Shown here: positions 1 through 8,527 of the stretch, piece after piece | How positions within the stretch are numbered: position 1 is the first letter of the stretch | Layout of the letters: the number at the start of each line of letters is the position of its first letter | Origin: Candidatus Peribacteria bacterium | GTDB taxonomy: Bacteria; Patescibacteriota; Gracilibacteria; Peribacterales; Peribacteraceae | Length of the DNA stretch: 64,000 nucleotides | Direction of reading: 5' to 3' | Assembly: GCA_009691405.1 (NCBI GenBank) | Contig: SICN01000002.1 | Span: 5,189 to 69,188, forward strand | Program-made: the position numbers and the translations under genes | The notes under the pieces: generated by a model | The model's database searches: none | Told to the model about the DNA's origin: nothing | The model's input: only the letters and a program-made list of their open reading frames with translations

Positions 1-337
1 TTGCTTCGCATTGCACGCCGCGCCAACCTGCATGGATGAGACAGAGCACTTTTTTGATCGGATCAAACACGATGAAATTCTGGCAATCGGCGAAACGAAT
101 CGTGAGCGTGAGACCTGGTCGGTCGGTCGCCGCCGCATCAGCTTTCTCGGTGCGACTTGACGGTGTCGAAACGACGATGCAACGATGCCCGTGCTCCTGA
201 TCGAGCACGACGATCTCCTCCATCCCAAGCACCCGCTGCGTCTCTTCATCCGACGCGACATCATCCTCACGCTTGAGCATGCGAACATCGAGCATATCCC
301 GGTACGGCTCGAAGATTGTGAAAGGGTTCTTGATCAT
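1..337 (-). CDS. pgeF: PgeF/YfiH-family (DUF152) purine nucleoside phosphorylase / laccase-domain protein, 5' part only (C-terminus lies beyond the left edge)
   Basis: Absent from the ORF track because it is truncated. My reverse-strand translation from ATG 337-335 gives MIKNPFTIFEPYRDML...KADAAATDRPGLTLTIRFADCQNFIVFDPIKKVLCLIHAGWRGVQ, which carries the family ADC...HAGWRG signature. The start is 4 nt after the stop of the upstream nnr-like gene. Confidence 0.6.
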   Translation of the reverse strand, partial: MIKNPFTIFEPYRDMLDVRMLKREDDVASDEETQRVLGMEEIVVLDQEHGHRCIVVSTPSSRTEKADAAATDRPGLTLTIRFADCQNFIVFDPIKKVLCLIHAGWRGVQCEA

Positions 338-340
338 CGT

Positions 341-1204
341 TTATGAAACCAAATCTCGAAGAATCGCCGGAATCAGCGCAATTACTTCGCGCGTCGTGTA
401 TGCATATCCCTGCTTCTCATACAGCATATCTCCCGCTCTCTTGATGGTGGTGCTCGCGAGAATACAAGCATCGGTTTGCGGATGACCCTGTACGAGAAGC
501 CCTGCCGTCAGCCCCGCAAGGGCATCGCCCGTACCTCCGACGGTAAGACCCGCATTGCCGCCGAGGACAGTCTTCGGTACGCCTTTTTCATCGACGATCG
601 TATCGTTTTTGCTTTTGATCAGAAACGTGCAGGAATGTTTTTTCGCAGTCGCAAATACTTCTTCCATAGCCAGTCCCATGCGCTCGAGTTCTCCAAGATG
701 AGGAGTCACGACCGCATGTTTCCCTTGCAACACTGCAAGCGTTGCCTCCTGCAATGCGGACGCATCGGCGACAAGAGGACACGGGCATTCTTCAAGAAGC
801 ACCAAAATCGACGCGAGATTTTCGGATGTCCGAGAGAGTCCCGGACCGATGACGACACTGTCCATCGTCGCGAGCTTCTCGATCATTCGTGCGCGATCTC
901 TCGAAGAAATTTCATCATTCGAGTCGGATCCGAACGGATGCACCTGGAAATTGAGCGACGTGTTTTTTGCAACTTCGACGTGACAAGAGGGAACGAAAAG
1001 GAAGACGAGGTCAACACCCGATGCTTCCGCCGCAAGCGCTGAAAAAAGCGGCGCACCGTGCTGAAACTTCGATCCGCCGATGATCGCAACAGAACCGTTT
1101 TCGCCTTTGTGAGAAGCAGGGGAACGCATGAGATCATTGTACACCGCGGGCGGAACCTGCTGAACCGCAGGCGGGAACGCCTGCTCTGTATTTGCGTCCT
1201 GCAC
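341..1204 (-). CDS. nnrD: NAD(P)H-hydrate dehydratase (YjeF C-terminal carbohydrate-kinase-like domain only)
   Basis: 287-aa ORF. RSPASHKGENGSVAIIGGS near the N-terminus and GGTGDALAG near the C-terminus are YjeF_C signatures. The track start (GTG 1204) overlaps the upstream GT gene by 71 nt. An ATG at 1129 would remove the overlap, so the start is uncertain. Confidence 0.8.
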   Translation of the reverse strand: MQDANTEQAFPPAVQQVPPAVYNDLMRSPASHKGENGSVAIIGGSKFQHGAPLFSALAAEASGVDLVFLFVPSCHVEVAKNTSLNFQVHPFGSDSNDEISSRDRARMIEKLATMDSVVIGPGLSRTSENLASILVLLEECPCPLVADASALQEATLAVLQGKHAVVTPHLGELERMGLAMEEVFATAKKHSCTFLIKSKNDTIVDEKGVPKTVLGGNAGLTVGGTGDALAGLTAGLLVQGHPQTDACILASTTIKRAGDMLYEKQGYAYTTREVIALIPAILRDLVS

Positions 1205-2327
1205 TCTCCACTTCTTTTTTCATCTTTTCTTTAAAGACATCGATGTGAAATTTTTTCGCATGCGTGCGAATTGTTTCCGGGTCCCATCTCTGTCGTTGAA
1301 ATTTCTGAATACCATCGGCGAATGCAGAAACAGACTGCTCTGAAACGAGCACCCCTGTGACATCGTCGACCAGCACATCACGCACTCCTCCTTTGTCGTA
1401 CGCAATCACCGGAATGCCGCATGCCTGAGCCTCGAGCGGCACGATGCCTGCATCCTCAACCTGCGGGAAGAGCAGGCAATTCGCACCCGCATACAGCGAA
1501 GGCAAATCGGCATCGGGCACGTGACCCAAAAACTCGACCGTCCCTCCCGCCAGTCTCCGAAGGCGCGCAAGATCGCTCCCTGTTCCGACGATCTTTAAGG
1601 GAAGCGAACTCTTGTTGCAGAGTTCGATCAGGAGATCGAACCTCTTGTACGGCACGAGACGACCGATCGCGAGAAAATAGGGACGGGGGCTAGGCTTGCC
1701 CACCATATCCTTGGCGAAGGTGGGGGTGAGCGGAAAGTCGAAGAAACGGGCATCGACCGGTGGATGAACGACAACACTGTCTCGCCCGTAAATGCGCTTG
1801 ATGCGTTCCTGTGTTTCACCGGAGTTGGCGATGAAGTGATCCACGCGCTTGGCAGTCGTTTGGTCCCATCGCCGAAGTCTCTTGAGTTCACTGCGCACAA
1901 ACCATTTGAGAATCCCACGAATGCGAAAATCCGAGAGGTACTCATCTTCCATTTCCCATGCATACCGCATCGGGGTATGGCAGTAACACACGTGTACTGA
2001 GTGGCTGCTTGGGATTACCCCTTTTGCGACCGCATGAGATGAGCTCAGAATGACATCGAACCCCGAACAATCGATCGATTCAAAACTCCTCGGCATCCAT
2101 GGCAGAAGATACTGATGACGTCCGATCAACCGAAAAATGCGCTGCAGAAACGCGTCGGTGCGAATATCTGCGCGCTCGAGTGGTCCAAGGGCACCGGGTC
2201 TTGCAACACTCGTGAAAATCGGGGAATCCGACCAAACACTTTGGAGTGCTGCGATGACATGTTCAGCGCCTCCGTAGGTAGGAAGCCAGTCGGCAATCAT
2301 TGCGAGTTTGCAGGAGCTTTGAGTCAT
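1134..2327 (-). CDS. Glycosyltransferase, GT4 (group 1) family
   Basis: ORF 1134-2366. It has the GT-B C-terminal block LLFPQVEDAGIVPLEAQACGIPVIAYDKGGVRDVL and the N-terminal KLAMIADWLPTYGGAEHV. The track start 2366 is TTG; the first ATG (MTQSSCKLAMI) is at 2327. Confidence 0.8.
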   Translation of the reverse strand: MTQSSCKLAMIADWLPTYGGAEHVIAALQSVWSDSPIFTSVARPGALGPLERADIRTDAFLQRIFRLIGRHQYLLPWMPRSFESIDCSGFDVILSSSHAVAKGVIPSSHSVHVCYCHTPMRYAWEMEDEYLSDFRIRGILKWFVRSELKRLRRWDQTTAKRVDHFIANSGETQERIKRIYGRDSVVVHPPVDARFFDFPLTPTFAKDMVGKPSPRPYFLAIGRLVPYKRFDLLIELCNKSSLPLKIVGTGSDLARLRRLAGGTVEFLGHVPDADLPSLYAGANCLLFPQVEDAGIVPLEAQACGIPVIAYDKGGVRDVLVDDVTGVLVSEQSVSAFADGIQKFQRQRWDPETIRTHAKKFHIDVFKEKMKKEVESAGRKYRAGVPACGSAGSARGVQ

Positions 2328-2397
2328 GAGCTGTGAGCTGTGAGGATTGTGTTTCTCATCGCTCAAAGCTTACAGCTCAAAGCTAGCCAAGGCGATA

Positions 2398-3375
2398 ATG
2401 ACCATGAAGAAATCTATCGAATCATCTAAGATTGTGATCATGGCGCTGCGTTCACCCCGCCGGCTTCCGAAATCTTTCAACAGACAGACAAGTCTCTTCT
2501 CGCGATCCATCGCACGCACGCGATACCACACGGTTGATCGCCGTGCACGAAGGAAGCACGAACGCTGGGTACGCTTCAGTAAAAAATGTTCGAAACTCCT
2601 CTCGCTGCTTGCGTCCGAGTTCCGCACATGGATCCTCATCGGCATCGGCACGATCGCCGTGAGCGTCCTCCTTGCTCTCCTATTCTCTCCGTTTTTCGAC
2701 GTTCGACAAATCACGATCCAGAGGCAGGATCCCCGCATCGACCCCTCGGATGTGCAGCAGATTCTCGCACCTCTTTTTCGTCAGCGCCTCATCCTCATCA
2801 CCAAAGCGCACATCGCTTCTCTCCTCGAAACGCAGTATCCGGATATCGAACGCATCGAGATCGAGAAACAATATCCGTCGACGCTCTCGGTCTTCGTCGC
2901 TCTCGAGCCGGTTGTTGCACGGGTCATCGTCGACAGCGAAGATGCCTCAGAGGATTCACAGAGCGGAGCAATCATCGGATCAGGTTCCTACGCATACATC
3001 ACGAAGAGCGGGTACTTTGTGAGCTCCCCGATCAAGCTCTCCGGAAAAACTCCCGTGCCCATTTTGCGTTTCACGGATTGGGGCCTCCGACCGCAGAATC
3101 GCACGCGTGTGATCCTTCCCGATTTCATCGAACGCATCTTCACAGCACGCGACATCCTTCGCACGGAGTTCGGTCTCTCGACCCTCGACATCGTCGTCTA
3201 TGTTCGAGCGCAAGAATTTCACATCCGCACGAACAAACTCTCGATCTGGTTTGATCTGAGAAGCCCCCTGCAACTTCAATTCCAGCGATTCAGACAATTT
3301 CTCAAGACCCTCTCCCTCGATCAGGTAAAGCTCTATATTGATCTTCGCATCGCAGATAAAATCATCTTCCAGTGA
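2398..3375 (+). CDS. ftsQ: FtsQ-like cell-division protein (basic cytoplasmic tail, one TM helix, POTRA domain)
   Basis: ORF 2347-3375 starts at TTG; the first ATGs are at 2398 and 2404. The TM segment WILIGIGTIAVSVLLALLFSPFF is followed by POTRA-like VRQITIQRQDPRIDPSDVQQILAPLF...YPDIERIEIEKQYPSTLSVFVALEPVVARV. Confidence 0.65.
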   Translation: MTMKKSIESSKIVIMALRSPRRLPKSFNRQTSLFSRSIARTRYHTVDRRARRKHERWVRFSKKCSKLLSLLASEFRTWILIGIGTIAVSVLLALLFSPFFDVRQITIQRQDPRIDPSDVQQILAPLFRQRLILITKAHIASLLETQYPDIERIEIEKQYPSTLSVFVALEPVVARVIVDSEDASEDSQSGAIIGSGSYAYITKSGYFVSSPIKLSGKTPVPILRFTDWGLRPQNRTRVILPDFIERIFTARDILRTEFGLSTLDIVVYVRAQEFHIRTNKLSIWFDLRSPLQLQFQRFRQFLKTLSLDQVKLYIDLRIADKIIFQ

Positions 3376-3384
3376 ACCTTCCGT

Positions 3385-4272
3385 ATGTTCTCGACCCTCG
3401 CATCACTCTTACTCCTCGGCGCGATCTCTCCTCCGGCGGCGAGCCCTGTCATCAGGCCGCTCCCGGGGATCGAAGTCCTGTCGATCGTCGCTCCCGCGGA
3501 GAAGCGAAAAGCGGTCTCGATGCCGGGTCGCCTCTCGGCTTCCGGAATGCTGCTTTTGGATCTTGAGAGCGGGGAAACGCTGCTCTCGCGGAATGAACAC
3601 CAGAGACGAAAAGTCGCGAGCCTCACGAAAATCATGACCGCACTCCTGATCCTGGAGAACCATAATCTCAGTGAAATTGTTCCGGTTCCGACAATCGCCG
3701 ATGGCATCCGAGGCAGTGCCGTCGGTTTGAAGGCGGGAGAATTTTTCAGGATCGGCGACCTCTTAAAAGCTCTGCTGATTCCCTCGGCAAACGATGCTGC
3801 GTACGCTCTCGCAATCGATGATGCTGGAAGCGTCTCTCGGTTCGTGGAACGCATGAACAAGCGTGCAAGCAGTCTGGGGCTCAAAAACACACACTTCACG
3901 AATCCCGCGGGTCTGGATAGCCAGGAACAGTACAGTAGCGCGCGCGATCTCTCGTGGCTCACGATTGCAGCATTGAAGCACCCCACATTCCGAAAGATCG
4001 TGAGCACCAAATCTTCATCGATCGAAACCACGACCGGAGAATCGTTCGACCTCCGGAATACGAATGAATTGCTGCATGAAAATCCGCAAGTCTTCGGTGT
4101 GAAAACCGGGACCACAGATCTGGCAGGCGAATGTCTGATCGTCCTCTTCGAGGAGCAGAATCGTCCGTACTTGCTGGTCCTCATCGGGTCGAATGACCGC
4201 TACACTGACAGCCTCTATCTTCTGGGGGCGCTGCGCAAATCGCTCTCCGAGAATGTCGCCTTGGAGCGCTAA
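3385..4272 (+). CDS. D-alanyl-D-alanine carboxypeptidase (peptidase S11, PBP5-like)
   Basis: 295-aa ORF with a signal-like N-terminus. The SxxK (ASLTK), SxN (SAND) and KTG (KTGTT) motifs occur in canonical order. Confidence 0.85.
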   Translation: MFSTLASLLLLGAISPPAASPVIRPLPGIEVLSIVAPAEKRKAVSMPGRLSASGMLLLDLESGETLLSRNEHQRRKVASLTKIMTALLILENHNLSEIVPVPTIADGIRGSAVGLKAGEFFRIGDLLKALLIPSANDAAYALAIDDAGSVSRFVERMNKRASSLGLKNTHFTNPAGLDSQEQYSSARDLSWLTIAALKHPTFRKIVSTKSSSIETTTGESFDLRNTNELLHENPQVFGVKTGTTDLAGECLIVLFEEQNRPYLLVLIGSNDRYTDSLYLLGALRKSLSENVALER

Positions 4273-4284
4273 AAGAAGCCACGT

Positions 4285-5304
4285 ATGCGAACCACCCGTT
4301 CCCCCGCCCATTCCTGGCTCTCGACGCGCATCCGCATCTTCTGCATCGGAGCCTTTGTCGTGTCACTGTTCCTGCCGACATACTCCCCCGAGACGAGCAT
4401 CGCGGCACCCGAAGAGTTGCGGGAGGAAACCTACGGATTTCTGCTCGCCGAGGACGGATTCCTGATGAAAACCTCCGCACTCACGGAGCAAGGGGCGAGA
4501 AGTGCGTACAGCCAAGGCATTCTGCATACCGTTGAACCGAATGAGAGTATCTCAAGCATCGCGAAGCGAAATTTCTTAAAGCCCGAGACCATCCGCTACG
4601 TCAACGGTCTCCGTGAGAAAGACCAGGTGAAACCGGGACAGCAGCTGCTGATCCTCCCCGTCGACGGTGTTTTGCATACGGTGAAACGAGGACAGAATCT
4701 CCAGATGATCGCGGATCTCTATGGCATCGATGCCAGCAGAATATCCGCGCAGAACAAAATCCGCGGGGGCTATCTGCTTGCGGGACAAGAATTGATCATC
4801 CCCGACGGCAAGCCGATTGTTTCTGTCGCTGCCAAACCGATACCGACGCAAAAACCGCCGATCAAAGCTCCGGTCGGCAGCGGTCCCATATCATTCCCAG
4901 AGCTCAAAAATTACTCGATCCAACCGAGTGGCGGCATCTTCCAAATCCCCTGCGACTGTTTCTACACGCAGTACTTCGGTCGCGCTCACTTCGGTGTCGA
5001 TATGCAGCATCGGGGCGGCAGCCCGATCTTCGCTACCGAAGCCGGCACGGTGATCCGCGCGGACTACGGCTGGAACGGAGGATACGGCAACGTCATCGAG
5101 ATCGATCACGGCAACGGTCTTGTGACACTCTATGCGCACAATAAGACGATCTACGTGCAGAAAGGCGAACGGGTGTCTCGGGGACAGCCGATCTCCTTCA
5201 TGGGCAACACCGGGCGCGTCCACGGACCCACCGGCATCCACCTCCATCTCGAAGTGCACGTGAACGGCGTGAAGAAGAATCCGATGATGTACCTTCAACA
5301 ATAA
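4285..5304 (+). CDS. LysM-domain M23 metallopeptidase (peptidoglycan endopeptidase)
   Basis: N-terminal TM/signal segment IFCIGAFVVSLFLP. Two LysM-like repeats (HTVEPNESISSIAKRNFL..., HTVKRGQNLQMIADLYGID...). M23 motifs HFGVDM and GNTGRVHGPTGIHLHLEVH. Confidence 0.85.
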   Translation: MRTTRSPAHSWLSTRIRIFCIGAFVVSLFLPTYSPETSIAAPEELREETYGFLLAEDGFLMKTSALTEQGARSAYSQGILHTVEPNESISSIAKRNFLKPETIRYVNGLREKDQVKPGQQLLILPVDGVLHTVKRGQNLQMIADLYGIDASRISAQNKIRGGYLLAGQELIIPDGKPIVSVAAKPIPTQKPPIKAPVGSGPISFPELKNYSIQPSGGIFQIPCDCFYTQYFGRAHFGVDMQHRGGSPIFATEAGTVIRADYGWNGGYGNVIEIDHGNGLVTLYAHNKTIYVQKGERVSRGQPISFMGNTGRVHGPTGIHLHLEVHVNGVKKNPMMYLQQ

Positions 5305-5306
5305 GA

Positions 5307-5324
5307 GCGGGCATTCCTGCCCGC
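5307..5324. terminator. Hairpin in the 32-nt gap between the convergent M23 peptidase and pgl genes (candidate bidirectional terminator)
   Basis: gcgggca-ttcc-tgcccgc is a 7-bp perfect GC-rich stem. No clear U-tract on either side. Confidence 0.4.
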
Positions 5325-5336
5325 GGTGCATGGCTA

Positions 5337-6002
5337 TCATCCGACAATCCACGTCGTCCTCTCGTCCATGAGCACTGATGCAGGAAATAAGCTCGCGTCC
5401 TGATTGCCGTCCTGCACTTTTTCAAGCAATGCGATTTTCTCGACTCCCGTAATCAAGAACAGGCGACTTGAAGCATTCTCAAGAACCGGAAATGTCACAC
5501 TGATTCTGTCTCTGACTGCAAAACTTTCTGTCGTTGTATGAATCACACTCGCAGGTCCAAATGCTTCAGGGAGAACAGGAGGAAACAGTGATGCAATGTG
5601 ACCATCTTGACCCATGCCGAGAACAACGAGATCGGGCTTCAGTGCGGCGATTTTTTTGTCGTAGTCAGCGATGCACTCCGGAAGTGGAAGAGATGTATCC
5701 GGAGCAAGAAGTGCCGCATCAGCTCCAGGGTGACATAGGAGAGCTTCCCTAATCATCCGCGTATTACTATCGGCGTGATCCGTAGGCACGTACCTCTCGT
5801 CGATCAGGAAGAACTGTACGCGCTTCCAGTTGATTGTTTTCTCCTCAGAAAGTTTTTGGTATACGGGTTTCGGCGTTGACCCGCCGGAGAGACCGATGAC
5901 TGCTGTCTTCCCTCCTTGCTGTGCTTCAAGAATCGCATCGGTGAGATACGAAACAGAAGTGGCAATGAATTCTTCAGGGGTGGAAGTTTTGAGGAGGTCC
6001 AT
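5337..6002 (-). CDS. pgl: 6-phosphogluconolactonase
   Basis: 221 aa. GLSGGSTPKPVY and FFLIDERYVP motifs of the Pgl/NagB fold. Sits directly downstream of zwf. Confidence 0.85.
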   Translation of the reverse strand: MDLLKTSTPEEFIATSVSYLTDAILEAQQGGKTAVIGLSGGSTPKPVYQKLSEEKTINWKRVQFFLIDERYVPTDHADSNTRMIREALLCHPGADAALLAPDTSLPLPECIADYDKKIAALKPDLVVLGMGQDGHIASLFPPVLPEAFGPASVIHTTTESFAVRDRISVTFPVLENASSRLFLITGVEKIALLEKVQDGNQDASLFPASVLMDERTTWIVG

Positions 6003-6031
6003 GGAGAGAGCATAGCAGCTTCATCCGCTTA

Positions 6032-6164
6032 CGGTCCTCACCCCCAGCCCCTCTCCCAGCACTGATGTGCTTGGGGAGAGGGGTGACTTCTGTCTCTCTG
6101 ATTACAAACATCCTCTCTCCAGCCGATGGGGAGAGGTGGCGCATCAGCGCCAGAATGAGGACCG
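6032..6164. repeat. 133-bp palindromic mosaic element (REP/BIME- or MITE-like) filling the zwf-pgl spacer
   Basis: 9-bp terminal inverted repeats: CGGTCCTCA at 6032-6040 and TGAGGACCG at 6156-6164. Internal hairpins: cccctctccc-agcac-tgat-gtgct-tg-gggagagggg (6048-6083), ctctcc...ggagag (6115-6135) and tggcgc-atca-gcgcca (6137-6152). Confidence 0.7.
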
Positions 6165-6165
6165 C

Positions 6166-7611
6166 TCATAACCACCTCTCCCCAAACCTCCCAATGAAGT
6201 CATCCGCCTCTTTCGGTCCCGTTGAACCCGATTCGTAAGTCGCAAGCAGTGACTTCGGATCGTCAAGATATTTCTGGAGCGGATCGATGATCCTCCAGCA
6301 TGCACGCACTTCTTCGCTGTCTAAGTACCACTGCTGATTGCCTGCGATCGCCTCGAGCAGAAGCAAGCTGTGTTCCACAAGGCAATCGCCCATGCACACA
6401 AGAGGATCTTCCATCACGAGAGGACGAAACTTCGGCTCGCTGCCACCGAGCTTCGTCTGCAGATACAGCTTCATACCGGCTTCTCCTTGGAGAATGATAT
6501 CGAGTCTGTTCTTGGTTTCGTTCTTCCCGACGAGCGTTGCCGATTCCTGAAACTCAATCGCGATTCTGGTCTCTTTCGTTTTCAATCGCTTTCCCGAGCG
6601 AAGAAAAATCGGCACGCCTTCCCACCGCGATGACCTCGTCATCAGACGCACCGCGGCGTACGTTGCCGTTCTGGATTTCTTCGACACTCCTTCCTCCTCG
6701 CGGTATGCAGGAAGTTTCTTCCCTGAAACGAGGCCTGTTCCATACTGTCCCTGCACGATGATCTCCGAGAGATCGCCCGCGGGAGGAAGATAGAATTTCT
6801 TCACCGCATCGAGACGCGCAGCCTTGATGTCCTTGGGATCATTAACGAGGCGCATCATGAGGAGCGCCGCGATCTGGATCAGATGGCTCTGGAACATGTC
6901 CCGAAGCGTTCCGACGGCATCGAAGTATCCCGCTCTGCCCTCAAGCCCCGAAGATTCCGCCGCGGTGATCTGCACGGAATTGATGAGCGTGTTCTTGAGA
7001 AGCCTCTCGATCACCGGATTCGCGTGACGCAAATAATAAATATTGCGAACGGCTTCTTTGCCAAGGTAATGATCGAGAATATAAATTTCTTCGGGCTTGA
7101 AACAGGATGAAAGTTTGGCATTCACTTCTTCAAAAGACTTTTGGTCCGCTCCGACGGGCTTCTCGACGATACAGCGGAAACCGATCTTTTTATCATGAAT
7201 GTTGCCCGCACACAGATTGTCGAGCGTCGCTCCGGCGACGGACGGGGGAATGGAAAGATAGACGAGACGAACAAGATTTTTCTCGGATCCTTCGAGTTTC
7301 CTAAGCTTCACGGCAAGAGCCTTGAAATCGGCAATGCTGTCGTACTGACCCGCATGATACGAAACATGGATGAGAAGCTCTGCTAAGACGATCTCATTCA
7401 CTTCAAGCACATGCTCACGCACGGCCGAAGCGAAGTGCTCCCGAAATTCGGCGTCCGTCATCTTCGTCCGCGCAAAACCGACGATGTTGTAGTGTTCGGG
7501 CAAACGCTTCTTGAGTGCGAGAAAATAGAGCGCTGGAAAAATCTTGATGCGGGCAAGGTGACCGGAAGCACCGAAGAGGATGAACGAGAAGGGGTGATTG
7601 GCACTGAGCAT
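6166..7611 (-). CDS. zwf: Glucose-6-phosphate 1-dehydrogenase
   Basis: 481 aa. N-terminal dinucleotide fold FILFGASGHLARIKIFPALY, the active-site block DHYLGKE, and RAGYFD. Confidence 0.95.
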   Translation of the reverse strand: MLSANHPFSFILFGASGHLARIKIFPALYFLALKKRLPEHYNIVGFARTKMTDAEFREHFASAVREHVLEVNEIVLAELLIHVSYHAGQYDSIADFKALAVKLRKLEGSEKNLVRLVYLSIPPSVAGATLDNLCAGNIHDKKIGFRCIVEKPVGADQKSFEEVNAKLSSCFKPEEIYILDHYLGKEAVRNIYYLRHANPVIERLLKNTLINSVQITAAESSGLEGRAGYFDAVGTLRDMFQSHLIQIAALLMMRLVNDPKDIKAARLDAVKKFYLPPAGDLSEIIVQGQYGTGLVSGKKLPAYREEEGVSKKSRTATYAAVRLMTRSSRWEGVPIFLRSGKRLKTKETRIAIEFQESATLVGKNETKNRLDIILQGEAGMKLYLQTKLGGSEPKFRPLVMEDPLVCMGDCLVEHSLLLLEAIAGNQQWYLDSEEVRACWRIIDPLQKYLDDPKSLLATYESGSTGPKEADDFIGRFGERWL

Positions 7612-7618
7612 GCGTAGG

Positions 7619-7624
7619 ATTATA
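7619..7624 (-). promoter_or_regulatory. -10 box TATAAT located 7 nt upstream of the zwf ATG (leaderless-type promoter)
   Basis: The minus strand reads gcTATAATcctacgcATG. Confidence 0.4.
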
Positions 7625-7636
7625 GCGAAAGAAGTG

Positions 7637-7713
7637 GAATCAAGAATGAGGAATCAAAGGTTACTCGTAGAGCACTTTGAAGAATATGTTTCTTGATTCC
7701 TGATTCTTGATTC
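7637..7713. promoter_or_regulatory. 21-bp inverted repeat pair in the divergent zwf / ybaK-like promoter region
   Basis: gaatcaagaatgaggaatcaa (7637-7657) versus ttgattcctgattcttgattc (7693-7713). 20 of 21 positions are complementary. Each arm supplies the -35-like TTCTTG of one of the two divergent promoters. Confidence 0.5.
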
Positions 7714-7718
7714 ATAAT
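7713..7718 (+). promoter_or_regulatory. -10 box CATAAT located 6 nt upstream of the ybaK-like ATG (leaderless-type promoter)
   Basis: Reads ttgattCATAATtcttctATG. Confidence 0.35.
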
Positions 7719-7724
7719 TCTTCT

Positions 7725-8210
7725 ATGGACGACCTTCTCCAGCTTCTAAGTACACTCGGTATCTCCTACAGCCGTTACGATCATCCCGCAGTCTTCAGCT
7801 GCGCGGAATCGGAAAAGCTGTGCCCGAAGATGGAGGGAGCACACACAAAGCAACTGCTGATGAAAGCGAAAGGGAAGGAAATCTACGTGCTGGCAATCGT
7901 CATGCACGACAAGCGTGTTGATACGAAAACGCTTGCGAAAGACTTCGGTGCGCAGAGCTTCAGTTTCGTATCACCCGAGAAACTGAAAGAGATGCTCGGA
8001 GTGACACCGGGCTCTGTGACGCCATTCGGACTGAGCTTTGATACGGAAAAGAAGATCAATGTGATCGTCGATGAAGACGCATGGTCAGTCGGGAAGTTCT
8101 GTTTTCACCCGCTCGTGAATACGGCAACGCTTGAGATTGATCACGCAGGGTTTGAGAGCTTCCTGAAACACACAAGACATGGTTTTACAATAAGGAAAAT
8201 TCCTGTATGA
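7725..8210 (+). CDS. YbaK/ProX-family aminoacyl-tRNA deacylase (prolyl-tRNA synthetase-associated editing domain)
   Basis: ORF 7707-8210 starts at TTG; the first ATG is 7725. Family-typical YDHPAVFSCAES...HTKQLLMKAKG...YVLAIV...VSPEKLKEMLGVTPGSVTPFGL. Confidence 0.75.
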   Translation: MDDLLQLLSTLGISYSRYDHPAVFSCAESEKLCPKMEGAHTKQLLMKAKGKEIYVLAIVMHDKRVDTKTLAKDFGAQSFSFVSPEKLKEMLGVTPGSVTPFGLSFDTEKKINVIVDEDAWSVGKFCFHPLVNTATLEIDHAGFESFLKHTRHGFTIRKIPV

Positions 8211-8212
8211 CT

Positions 8213-8330
8213 TCTCGATACACCCTGCTCACATTTGAGAATGATCGCAGGGCTACTCGAAGTGACACAGGCACCTAGCCACAACTTTGTCAGTTCGAGT
8301 AGCACGAGCATTCGCGAATGCGTATCGAGA
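8213..8330. repeat. Nested hairpin cluster bounded by 9-bp inverted repeats (REP/BIME-like)
   Basis: Terminal repeats TCTCGATAC (8213-8221) and GTATCGAGA (8322-8330). Inside are ccctgc...gcaggg (8223-8252), ctactcgaagtgaca...tgtcagttcgagtag (8253-8302, 14 of 15 bp) and the perfect palindrome gcattcgcgaatgc (8308-8321). Confidence 0.65.
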
Positions 8331-8378
8331 ACTTGATTTCATCGATCCATCTTCGCTAGAATCTCGGTACATCATCGC

Positions 8379-8478
8379 CTATCAAGAGTGACGCGAATGA
8401 GTACTGGCTCGACTGACGCGTCCGCCAACCCTCCCCGACGGGAACGGTGGTACATCCAGCCCCATCAGGGGAAGATAG
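8379..8478 (+). promoter_or_regulatory. SAM-I (S-box) riboswitch aptamer in the metK leader
   Basis: By-eye fit to the S-box consensus. P1 is CUAUC...GAUAG with the conserved AAGAG. P2 is GACGCG...CGCGUC enclosing CUGGCUCGACUGA. CGCCAACC follows. P3 is CCC-cgac-GGG. GGUGGUACAUCCAGC corresponds to GGUGCUAAxxCCxGC. P4 is CCCC-auca-GGGG. Confidence 0.75.
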
Positions 8479-8527
8479 CAACCATGTAATGCTTTCCCTG
8501 ACGGAGAGCCCTTTATTCATGCCAACC

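Noticed and set aside
476-1042. 188-aa plus-strand ORF antisense to the nnr-like gene, together with similar long antisense or off-frame ORFs: 3333-4184, 10804-11346, 23930-24661, 24457-25284, 41754-42341, 42472-43089, 53550-54098 and 56790-57548.
   Set aside because: Each lies wholly inside a gene with clear family motifs on the other strand or frame. Their products are Arg/Ser/Cys/His-rich low-complexity strings typical of off-frame translation of GC-rich coding DNA.
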